DNA from: Candidatus Thorarchaeota archaeon
GTDB taxonomy: Archaea; Asgardarchaeota; Thorarchaeia; Thorarchaeales; Thorarchaeaceae
Length of the DNA: 20,935 nt
Reading direction: 5' to 3'
NCBI GenBank assembly: GCA_003345555.1
Contig: PRDJ01000051.1
Coordinates: 1 to 20,935, forward strand
This document shows positions 9,401 through 18,500 of this stretch, piece after piece. The notes under the pieces are model-generated. The model was not told the DNA's origin, searched no databases, and saw nothing but the letters and a program-made list of their open reading frames with translations. The stretch's first letter is position 1, and every line of letters begins with the position of its first letter. The position numbers and the translations under genes are program-made.

Positions 9401-9698
9401 ATGTGTTGGCGAACAATGTGGTCCCTATGGAAACCTCGTGATAGGAGTTGCTCCCGTCGACGGTGTTGAAAGTATCCAATGTTGCACCGAACCCGAGCTC
9501 CACGTTGCCCGTTGGGTCAACAGCTGAAGAATACAGGGTTTCGTAGTAGGTGGTGACTGCATTGTCCGAAGGCATCACACCTTCCCAACTGGTGTTGGCC
9601 GACGCAAGCGACGATGAGCAGACCATGGCAGCCACAGCCACCATCGAACATACCGCAATCCTCAACGACACTCTTCTCACTCCCCCCTCTCTTGGCAT
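6420..9698 (-). CDS. Secreted multidomain protein: signal peptide, NIDO-like domain, Gly/Ala-rich hydrophobic segment, two concanavalin-like beta-sandwiches, PKD domain, C-terminal Ig-like (OmpL47-type) domain
   Basis: ORF track 6420-9755; likely start ATG 9698 or GTG 9671 (after GGGGGAGTGA). NIDO-like FRFYGKAYNQVFVCANGFIVF...GVVAPYWTDM; PKD NQPPVALFT...DATASYDPDGVIVTYQWAWGD...SHTYSSSGPHTIWLTVTD; DTIGPTT...SGVASIWYRV...YAIDGAGNV. No C-terminal anchor. Confidence 0.88.
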   Translation of the reverse strand: MPREGGVRRVSLRIAVCSMVAVAAMVCSSSLASANTSWEGVMPSDNAVTTYYETLYSSAVDPTGNVELGFGATLDTFNTVDGSNSYHEVSIGTTLFANTYGKTGYSYYSVGTGPELLPPYPTSVTLGEEEGVMIQFPQWGGENTYFRFYGKAYNQVFVCANGFIVFGGPDIPVGSKTTDLMYTNPVGGISDPGLPNGVVAPYWTDMKGTVTVKYGMYLTNHLIIWWDRATTTGGKVQTFGVDLWVTMYPDEEFSVQTPHIQFFYKEITLEYSYSSRKDRIWYPTFEMGVQNQFGSKYLKLIDYAGAIGPRNTVVYDKKMNILASVGNLYDIDRVNVYFIKTMSDGTTTMHDGFASIHVTGQDNEIWGGSNINSISNSPPENPYADYKNQVLASGIVTVVKIGVGAIPGAGAVMAAGGFLYDTYQLCQKYKAAERSAQTVADDAETWEDGGMASNVAKDGVTNVMGQASDVWSAPLLKWRLTSTDLTALFNYAHYLTVVAEVVFENENNNEQTPIAVEGLTFKFDHNKVQLFKEDFNGGFLSSWGMSYSGTLGQAALATTMSDTGAMKENFGDYSLGDWTVDRSGGDVYVDKAISGTPSGAPALQVTKTSTQGGASAFRMFTHQSSHFVARLVFRTPTLVSGDASLLLRQGSTDRIHLSINNGWLSYRDNSGWHTISTVGTGWCSLTLSIWPTNGNYSIQGGTVFIQSAGMLGSAPWTNNWIDTIGFRAEARNVKMHADDIWIGPDSSLLVYYPDPTNKVRLTSPSIGINRGKDYMATMNYYCGAVGTNYYMVIFDDGKVELVNKLNTATGKSALYANTANGLILISDFASTSVWHRIVIKVHPSTNNYLVMLDEAWGDDGGKGPYAMKSGDPAGYSFSLGSKGTPLSGESGWAYWDDLVVGEPYPSVGPPVNQPPVALFTATPAGLRVDVDATASYDPDGVIVTYQWAWGDAAVTYGVKSSHTYSSSGPHTIWLTVTDSLGAQATASTTVQTEEDTIGPTTSIALVGQSYHGKWLLGVYADITATDPSPGSGVASIWYRVGDTGSFNPGGTHVIYEFPSVGKYTIYAYAIDGAGNVGATVSKTVTVVDSIPV

Positions 9699-9852
9699 GA
9701 AACGAACCTCCCCCGGACGACACCCTACGGAAGTTGGTGGCCCACAGAATGGCAAACCTGCGGTCCTCCCGCGATATCGGCGTCCCCGTAGAGGACCGAT
9801 AGCGGATAAATCCTACGGTTCAGAGAGCCATGAGAACAGGGGGTTACGAAGG

Positions 9853-9871
9853 ACTATATGCGCGTGCGCAT
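9853..9871 (-). promoter_or_regulatory. Candidate operator dyad next to a TATA-like element upstream of the PKD-protein gene
   Basis: Perfect dyad ATGCGC-GT-GCGCAT (9858-9871) abutting ATATAG on the minus strand, about 155 nt upstream of ATG 9698. Confidence 0.25.
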
Positions 9872-9922
9872 CCTATGTTCGAGGCTGTGAAGTCTCTCCT
9901 GCTCGCGCGCCGCTGAACGTTG

Positions 9923-10273
9923 TTGTCTTGTCGAGAGGCCGATTATTCGTGTCCCAACCGATCCGCCAATGTAAACCACTTTCGAATCGCCGAGAACGCC
10001 ATCTATCGTAGTACCGTTGACCACGACGACCCCAAACGGGAATTCCTGCGCACCCCCGGTGCTCCAACTATTCTCGAGCACATAGAACGACGACTCGTTC
10101 AAGGGAATCCCTTCTCGAAGATCATAGGGCAGTCCTCTCCCGTAGTTCAGATCGAACAGCCTCCACCCGGTCTACCCGAGCCGCTGGTCCGACGTATAGT
10201 TCTGGACGCCATGCTCCGAAATCCACTCGAAGGCGTCGCACTAGTACCAGTGGGTCTGGTTCTCGACGCAGAA
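9923..10273 (-). pseudogene. Copy B of the 3' end of gene Y (C-terminal ~115 codons) with two nonsense mutations
   Basis: Ungapped to 19178-19528 (constant offset 9255); about 80% nt over 19217-19528 (63 differences in 312 by hand). 10057-10090 is identical to 19312-19345 (34 nt). Reads FCVENQTHWY*CDAFEWISEHGVQNYTSDQRLG*TGWRLFDLNYGRGLPYDLREG...; TAG replaces GAG at 10241-10243 and 10172-10174. Confidence 0.95.
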
Positions 10274-10343
10274 CGGCCCTTGGCTTTTGATGCCCTTGAC
10301 GATCCTCTCGGGGTCCGGGCACACGAATGAAGACGCACGCCAG

Positions 10344-12209
10344 ATGGCAGGACTTAATACCTCCAATGTGCATGACCGGCGGGGTGAAATCCTGAGGAAT
10401 GTCAGCAAGATCGCCATAGCGTGCGCCGTGATTATCGCACTAGGAATGCCCCTGATGTCGTTCGGGGCAGCAGCCAAGCCACCGAAACCTACCCCGACCG
10501 CTTGGATGGTCCTGTACTACATGGACGACGAGGATCCCAATCTGGGTGAGTGGGGACTCTACGATCTTCAGCAGGAGCTGCCGAATGCGGTGCACACTAA
10601 CGTGAAGACTCTGGTCATGATCGACCCTTGGAAGGCGTGGCCTGATACTGGGAATGCTAATGCCAGGTACTACGACGTTGGCTATCAGTCAATTACGCTC
10701 AAAGCGGACCTTGGCGAGGTGAGCATGGGTGCACCGGCGAGCCTGTCGAACTTCATCATCTGGGCCAAGACTACCTACGGATCCGCTTCCCACTATGCTC
10801 TGGTCCTTCAGGACCACGGAGGCGGCTGGCAGGGTGTGTGTTGGGACTCCGTCCCCAAATCTGACCACTTGAGTCTCAAGGATCTCCACGATGCCCTGGA
10901 TACCGCGCGGAGTGCGACTGGCATAGTATTCGACGTCATAGGGTTTGATGCATGCGAGATGGCATACGTCGAAGTTGCCTACCAGTTGAAGGACTACGCA
11001 CAAGTGATGGTGGCCTCTCAGGACGTAGGATGGGTCTACGGTCCGGGCGAGTCTCCAACAGGTGATCCTCCGGAAGGAACAGGCGGTTGGAAGAACGACT
11101 GGGTAATCTCACATCTGTCAGCCAGCTACACGACCGATGCCGTCGGTTTCGCGGCCATCATCGTCCACGACTACATGGATTTCTGGGAGCACTATCATCC
11201 GCTGGACACGTATCCGGGCTTCGAGGACCACTTCCTGACCATCTCAGCCGTGCGCCTAGGGTCGGCCTACGGAATGTCGGACCTGATGACTGGTATCGGT
11301 GATTTCTCGTTATGTCTGAAGGAACGCCTCCCCACCTACGAACCGCAGATCTGGGCTTGTCAACAGCTGGCCGCCGGATTTGGGAACATGCACGACATTG
11401 ACCTGTACAATTTCGTCGACTTGATTGATGCAGGGGACATGGATGAGACGGTGCAGATGACCGCCGCATTCAGCCAGATACGCACTTCGATTGCGTCAAT
11501 GGTATGCGCAGAGTGGCACGAGCCGGATCACCGGATCGCGCATGGACTGAACATCTACTTCCCCGATACACTCTCTGAGTACCAGGGCGCCATGGTCCCC
11601 TCACCGCCCAGCAGCACCACGCCATACTCATGGAACGATTTCAGCATGTCACCGGGAGGAGACAACTGGGACAACTTCCTGAGGGACATAGTCAACTATG
11701 TGGTCGTGATGTACACGCTGGAGGTCAGAGTGAACAACGCGGCATGGGGGTCCACCGATCCCTCAGGCGTGAATTCCTACGAGTACGGAACTTCCGTCAC
11801 TGTGATGGCATATCCGAACCCTGGCTGCGCCTTCGATCACTGGCTGCTGGGTGCGACTCCGGTTACGGGCAACCCGTACACCGTCGGGATAAGTTCCAAT
11901 CGTGTTCTCGAGGCGGTGTTCGTCCAGATCTACTACAGCCTGACGGTGAAGGCAGTATACTTCGCCACCGGGAGGGATCTCGGAGGGGTGTCATGGGTGA
12001 AGATCGATGGCGTCGAGAAGGGAGTGACGGGCGGAACCTTCAGCGTGTCGGCTGGGGAGCACACGATAGAGGTGCAGAACTCGGTCATCGTGAAGGGGAA
12101 GATCTACGACTTCCTGTTCTACATGGATAGCGGGCCGTCATCCAATCCAGGAACGATGGTCGTTGACTCGGACATGACCATAAGGGCCGCATACTACAAC
12201 CACCCATAA
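10344..12209 (+). CDS. Secreted clostripain-family (MEROPS C11) cysteine peptidase with C-terminal InlB-B-repeat-like and PEGA-like beta domains
   Basis: ORF track 10287-12209. WMVLYYMD, catalytic His in LVLQDHGGGW, catalytic Cys in IGFDACEM, VASQ; signal peptide KIAIACAVIIALGMPLMSFGAAA. The start is uncertain: ATG 10344, or CTG 10392 after GGGGTGA (10381-10387) with TTAATA at 10354-10359. Confidence 0.92.
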   Translation: MAGLNTSNVHDRRGEILRNVSKIAIACAVIIALGMPLMSFGAAAKPPKPTPTAWMVLYYMDDEDPNLGEWGLYDLQQELPNAVHTNVKTLVMIDPWKAWPDTGNANARYYDVGYQSITLKADLGEVSMGAPASLSNFIIWAKTTYGSASHYALVLQDHGGGWQGVCWDSVPKSDHLSLKDLHDALDTARSATGIVFDVIGFDACEMAYVEVAYQLKDYAQVMVASQDVGWVYGPGESPTGDPPEGTGGWKNDWVISHLSASYTTDAVGFAAIIVHDYMDFWEHYHPLDTYPGFEDHFLTISAVRLGSAYGMSDLMTGIGDFSLCLKERLPTYEPQIWACQQLAAGFGNMHDIDLYNFVDLIDAGDMDETVQMTAAFSQIRTSIASMVCAEWHEPDHRIAHGLNIYFPDTLSEYQGAMVPSPPSSTTPYSWNDFSMSPGGDNWDNFLRDIVNYVVVMYTLEVRVNNAAWGSTDPSGVNSYEYGTSVTVMAYPNPGCAFDHWLLGATPVTGNPYTVGISSNRVLEAVFVQIYYSLTVKAVYFATGRDLGGVSWVKIDGVEKGVTGGTFSVSAGEHTIEVQNSVIVKGKIYDFLFYMDSGPSSNPGTMVVDSDMTIRAAYYNHP

Positions 12210-12249
12210 CTAGTTCCACCAAACCTCTTCCCCATTCATTTCTGGGCGT

Positions 12250-12490
12250 CTTGTTCGTCATAACAACTCCGAAGGGCAACTCCTAGCTCCCTTGGTGCTC
12301 CAACTGTCCTCAAGGACGTAGAACGATGACTCGTTCGGCGCGGTCCCCTCCCTGAGGTCGTACGGCAGCCCCCTGCCGTACTCGAGGTCGAACAGCCTCC
12401 ACCCGGTCTCCCCGAGCCTCGGTCCGACGTGTAGTTCTGGACGCCATGCTCCGAGAACCACTGGGCACCGGAGTACTCGTGCCAGTGGGC
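12250..12490 (-). pseudogene. Copy C of the 3' region of gene Y with two 1-nt deletions; distal end lost or diverged
   Basis: Aligns to about 19268-19509 (about 80% nt, 48 differences in 234 by hand). Reads AHWHEYSGAQWFSEHGVQNYTSD [fs 12420/12421] RLGETGWRLFDLEYGRGLPYDLREGTAPNESSFYVLEDSWSTKGA [fs 12284/12285] ELPFGVVMTNKT. 12344-12420 matches 19363-19439 at 74/77. Confidence 0.95.
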
Positions 12491-12553
12491 GCTCTCTGCA
12501 AATGCGGCGGATAAGAAAGACTTGGAAAAGGTTTGAACCAACCCACTTGGTGA

Positions 12554-15500
12554 CTAGCCGAAAGAGATCGTCCCATTCCCCGAGGTATAGATGAAATAGG
12601 CTCTTCCTGGGGTGACGAGGAAGTCAAAGTCGGCAGAATAGCCGCTCACGAACGAATGATAAGTGCCCGTGACGGGGTCCAAATACACCACGGCCCTCGC
12701 GGACGAGTTCTGGACTTCCATCAGCAGTTCGCTAGCCATCATTGGTCTCAGACCGGCATACCCAATGAGGTTCCAGCCCTTCACCAACTGCAGACTCGGC
12801 GAGGAGGGGACCACACCCTTGAGGGTGAAGTGTGTGGTGTCCTTTACCCAGATGAAGTACCCTTCGCCCATGATTATCGGAAAGTCGTACGAGTCCGAGT
12901 AGCCGGTCACATAGGATACGTACTTGCCCTGTGTCAAGTCCAACCTCGTGACTGCTCTCGCGTTCGGTCCAATCGCCGCGAGCAATGACTCTGCAGTGAG
13001 TCCGTCAACACCGACCGGTGTCGACCAGAGGTTCCAGCCTTTGTGGAGCAAGAATGGCACCTCTGGATCTGGCGACGGAACAAGGGCTCCGAAATCCTCA
13101 TTGAAATCCGTTTCCACAGGATCTGTCGGCTCTATGACGACCTCGCGCGAAGTCCACGAAGTATAGTAGTACCCGGTCAAAGTGGTCAAGTTGACCCAGT
13201 AAGTCCCGGCACACAGTTCATGGAAGCCGAACTGACCCAGGTCGTTGAGATTGTCGGTACAGACCCAGAGATCGACCTGCTCGCCATTCACAGTGTACCC
13301 ATTGAGTGACACATTCCAGTTTCCGAGTCCGAACTCGTCGGCGTCCATCGCGCCCCAGACTCCGGGGCAGTAGCGGTCGAGGAACACATGTCCGCTTATC
13401 GAGTACTTGTCCAGAATGACGGTCACGGACTTGATCAGCCCGAAATTGCCCGCCTTATCGACGGAGACATATTCGATGTAGCAGGTACCGGCAGGACCAT
13501 CCAACCTGAAGGTCCCGTTGCACGGAGTCCACGGGCCCTCGTTCACGCGGTAGCACGAGTAAAGCACTCCCGCACCGAAATCGCTTGCCATCAGCCGCAT
13601 CTCCGTACCGGCACTGAAGTGGTCACCATCCATGACCAGCGTTTGGTTGACTTTGAGGAACAATCGGGGTTTAGCGTTGTCTCTGAGTATTGCGAACCAG
13701 CCAAGACTTGGAGCCTGGAACTTCACCACATTCCTCTCCGTGTCGACGAACAGCGAAGGCAGCAACTGCCATGTATGACCGTCGGGCGACGACCACGCGA
13801 TCAACTGACGGATATTGCTCTCGTTCACCTTCGCCTCATCATATTCTATCGTCACCTCCGAGAGGGGGGACAGCGGCGTCCCGACGGGACCCACCCTATA
13901 GACATCGCTGACTAGGGTGAGGCCCGGCTGGTCGACCAATGTCCACAAAGGTGTCCCCATCCATCCGGAGAAGGAGTCCATGGAGACCACCATGTCCCTG
14001 GGAAGAGCTCCAGCTCCGAAGTCAAGATGGATCTTGTCATCGGAGCTCTGCATGTCCTGGCCGATTAAGCGGAGCACGAACTCCTTTGTGCTGGTTGGCA
14101 GCAGTCCGCCAAACGGTAACTTCTTGCCGACCAGTCTGACAACGGCATCGGACTTGTCTCCGTCCCCATTGATATCCCGCGCTGAGATTGTCTCGTTGGC
14201 CACGTATGTGGTCATGTTGCCTTCCGAAAAGATGGCGAGACCGAATCCGGGACCACAGAGACTCTGGCGCGTGTTGGTGACATTGCAGGACGTCATGTTC
14301 CAGTACTGGAGGATCCAATCCTGCTTGTCACCATCAGCGTTGAAATCTCTGTTGGTCTCCGACTCAGAGGCTGCGAAGGCTATCCTGCCTTCCAGAATCG
14401 ACGGGGCGTATCCGACTGCGCGTGTCTCCACAACGACATCTTCACCTGCATCATAGTACCCAATGACTCGGTCAAGCCTGTCGCCATCGTTGTTAAGATC
14501 GGCATTCGCGAGCGATTCATCCGTGGCGAACGCAATCGCATCACCATAGACGCTCCTTGACAACTCATGGGCATCAGAAACTGCGTCCCTCAGGGTCATT
14601 GAGGATGTGTCGAAGCACCTGAGCACGCAATCGCTAGTGTCATAATCTCCGTTGATGTCCGTGTCCGTGGCGGATTCGTCAGTCAGGAAGAGTATCAGTG
14701 TGCCTGATAGCACAGGGCATCTTCCATCGATTCCTGTATTCACTGTCTCGTTTGTCAAAAGGTCAAAGTAGCGTATGACCACGTCATCCAGATTACCGTC
14801 GCCGTTGAGGTCTTCCCCTAGCTGAGATTCGGAAGTCTGGAAAGCCACGAAATGGCCGCTTGCGGATGGTGATTCACCAATTCCTAGGGTCCGAATCATC
14901 ATGCTGCGGTTGAGGTCCTCCGTATCGTTGGCACTAAGATTGAACCCCTCTGTGTCGTTGGCGCTCAGGATCGTGCGCCCGGGAGCACTCAGGTTCATGC
15001 ACCGTATGATCGAGACTTCGTCCATCCCGCTGTCGGACCTTGCCTGGAACGCGATAATCTTACCGCTGACCGATGGGGAGGTTCCTTCAAGACTTGTGTT
15101 GGTGGTGACATTCCCGACCAAATCGCGATAATGTATGACGGTGTCATCGAGATCGCTGTCCCCGTTAAGGTCCATCTCAGCCTGAGACTCCTGCAACTCG
15201 AAAGCAACGATGCTGCCGTCCATCGATGGGTTCAACCCCAGTCCAATATCCACAGGAGGACTCACTCCTGTCCATTCCATGATCGAAATTGTTCCCACAA
15301 TCCCGTACGTAGTTCCGTGCACGGTCCTGGTTGCCTTGTCGACATAGGCTGTAATATCATCCCAGCGAGAGGTTTGGAGATTGAACTGCATCAACCTAAG
15401 GTTGTTCTCGTTCAGGACGCTGGACAAGTCGTAAGAGACCTGGACTTCGACAGGCCCTTCGTACTCGACCGTGGTCGATAATTCGAGCGGAGTGCCCACA

Positions 15501-18500
15501 GTTGAGAAGCCTCTGTCAAGAAGCGGGCCGTTGAATCCCGGCGGTCTCGCTTCTGCCCTCGCGATCCCTTCGGAGTTGATCTGGTCGAACAGCACGCCCA
15601 CGCTGCAATTCATGATCGATGAACTTACCGCGGTCGAAGCCTGGAAGTAGTCTACAACAAACCCCGCTGTCCTGACCATCTGGTTCACTGGTATTTTTGG
15701 GTTCAGTGCCCTAAGGGGCCCAAACCGGGAATCGTTTAAGGAGATCACATAGTCGTCGTAGTCGCCGTCGAAGTTCAGATCCATGTGTCTCAAATCCTTG
15801 AAGACAAAGGCCGGTTCGTATTGAGTGAACGCAACCAGGGAACAGTCAGCAATCACATGTGAGCTCCCATAAGTATAATGATATCCGCCCACAATCTGAG
15901 GTCCGAATCCAAGATCCTGGCAATCGGTTAGTACCTTTTCACCCACATCGTATTTCATGACATGCCCGCAGGACTCGAACACGACCATGCCGGCGTCTCC
16001 TGATTGAGGCGTTCCTGAGATCCCGCAAACCGGCGCATCGCCATCGGCATGGGCCGTCATATCCCACCCCTCAACGGGCACATCCGGCGGCCAGGGCGGG
16101 GGCGGGAGCGGCATATGCTCCAGGACAGCGACCCTCAACACGAAGACTTCTTCGGTTATGTTCTGACTCTGATACCTGTATGCTATGAATGGATGACCAT
16201 CGAATGTCGTCCCCACGCTCGGTGAGTACCCCATTTCATAGATGAAGCCCTCTTGCATGGACGAGTAGTTGTAGAGCCGAATAATGTCCTCGAGGTCGTA
16301 CCAACCGTTTCCATTCAGGTCACCGACCCAACTCTCGGGAGTCGAGTAGGCGATGATTTGGGAATCCGCACTCACACTAGGAGACCTCCCAATTCCGATA
16401 AGTCTAGGTGGTTGAATCGTCCCAGAATCCTCTAGATCACACATCATGACTAGGTGGTCTAGCTTATCCCCATCCTTGTTGAAATCGCAGCCAATGCCAT
16501 GGAGTGGCCCGCTGCTAAGTGACTCATCTACCTCGAATACCAGCGTTGTGCCATCGAGATCCAGGGAAACGACGTAGAAATCCTGAAGAATCGATCTCCA
16601 GCGGTTACTTGAGAAATCATACACACCCAGTACTTCTTTGTCAAAAGGTGGTACAAGGTCTTTGGTCTGCAAGATTGCCACCATTCTGTTTCCAGAAACG
16701 CAGGGCAGACGCCCTTCCTGCTCGGTGTTCACGACCAGCTCCTGTCTGATATCGTAGTACTGAATGACCTCGTCCGAAAGATCTCCATCATCATTGAGAT
16801 CACGCTTTTCGAGGAACTCACTCGTGGTGAAAGCAATTATGTTGCCGCTGACAGAGCACACTTCACCATCGGGCAGTCTACCGCTGATTCTGGGACCCTG
16901 GTATTCCTTGGAGATTGTTGTCAGAGCATCATTCGGTCGATCATTGTCGTTATCCGTCGCCTTCCATTGATAGAGGATCGAATGGTTCTCGAAAGGCAGC
17001 CACATTCTTCTGGGCATCGTGAACGAGTAGTCGAACTCGGATGTGTCCGGACGAGCGGCCGTCGGATATGCGGTCCTCCAATCGCTCCAGACGTCGCTGT
17101 CGTTGGCTCTGTATCTGAATTTCACTTCCGACAGGCCAACATTCTCCCTTATCGTAGTATGGAAGAATATGCTCCGCGCGTCGGTGGCGAAGAGGTGAGT
17201 TGATGGCCAGGTCTTGACTCTCAAGAACTGTGGCGCAATCGAGTCATCGTCTATGACCCCGTCTCCCCTAGCCCAGATACCTACCGCTGATCCTGTCCAC
17301 CAATACTCGTTCATTCCCTCCATCAGCCAGTAGTCATGGTACCAGTCCTCCTCGACGGTACCAGTACTACTTGACCAGTATCCCATGAGGACTTCATCGT
17401 GATTCGGGTTGTAGATCGGCATCTTTCCGTCCTCGATAACGGGAGCCCCTGGGAGCGCAGGTACCCAGTCCCAGTCGGAATCCCAGTCCCTGCTCATTAT
17501 GTCGAAGTGCTCCCGACCAGGGATGGCCATGCCGTAGAAAGTGAAACCCGGATAGCCATACGTAAACAGTGGCGCGTTCCACCAGATCCAACTTAGCTCA
17601 GTGCCTCCCCGCGGGTTAAAGCGAGGGTCAAGCGGAGGGTCCCAACTCTCGAAATCGTACTGTTGTCCATCCAGGAGCTTGTGTTGCTCCCCTCTGCCGT
17701 CGTACATCCTTATCGAGAGGTAGGCGTCGGAAAGACCACCGTCCGGGTCACTGGCCCAACCGATATCGTACCAGACGACTGTGAGCTCGATAGCGAACGG
17801 GTTCCATATGTATGTCCGGTCAAACCTTTCATAGTAGTGGAAATCCTTGAGAAACATGCCGGCGGGGTCGAAGAAGATGTCCCCGGCGATCTTGTCAGCA
17901 TCATCATTGTCATCCTGTCCCCACGGTGCGTTGGCTGCATTGTTAGGGTATCCATTGTCTCCGCGAAACGCATTGAAACTGTGGAACGTGGGCCCTTGGC
18001 CCCTCCGTTGCCAGAACCCGTCTACTTCGTCGTCGACTGCAATCAGAGCATATTGGCATGTCTGGCTTTGTTGTTGCCGCTTTGGCACCTCCGCAGTGGT
18101 GCCAGGGACGTACTTACATGCGTAGTCACGCATCCAGTTTCCACTGTCAAACCAATCGTATGATGGCCTGTCCCTTGGGTCGCCGAAGACGCCGTGACCC
18201 CCTGGTTCCACGTAGACCACGGGTTGGTGGCCCTCCCAAGTAATCCAGCCATCGTCGCCGTCAAAATCCTCATCACCGCTGTGAACACTGCTCGATCCCT
18301 TATACTGATAGAAATCAAGGTGAGCGATGGTTTCCATGACCAAGACTGTGCCGTAGCCCCCAGTCTTGGCAACGACGAGCAAGACTCCTTCCATGTCGTT
18401 CTCATGCTGGCCTGCATCGGACCATATTCCCCCCAAGCCTCCAGTGTCAGCAGCATAGTGATCCATGGGATGGTAATCCCAGTAGCCGATGTAGTAGTGA

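Noticed and set aside
9854-10102. 82-aa ORF (and 12258-12461, 12236-12541, 12085-12279) as stand-alone small genes
   Set aside because: They are reading-frame pieces of Y copies B and C bounded by nonsense or frameshift lesions, with no SD or promoter support.
12196-12249. Copy C possibly extending into the clostripain stop region (a Gly-Gly falls in exact register with Y's YIGG at 12199-12204)
   Set aside because: The intervening 14 codons show almost no similarity; a post-hoc two-codon match is too weak.
13388-18163. Plus-strand ORFs 13388-13915, 13917-14456, 17663-18163 and similar
   Set aside because: Antisense shadows of the giant protein gene, which has coherent domain motifs throughout.
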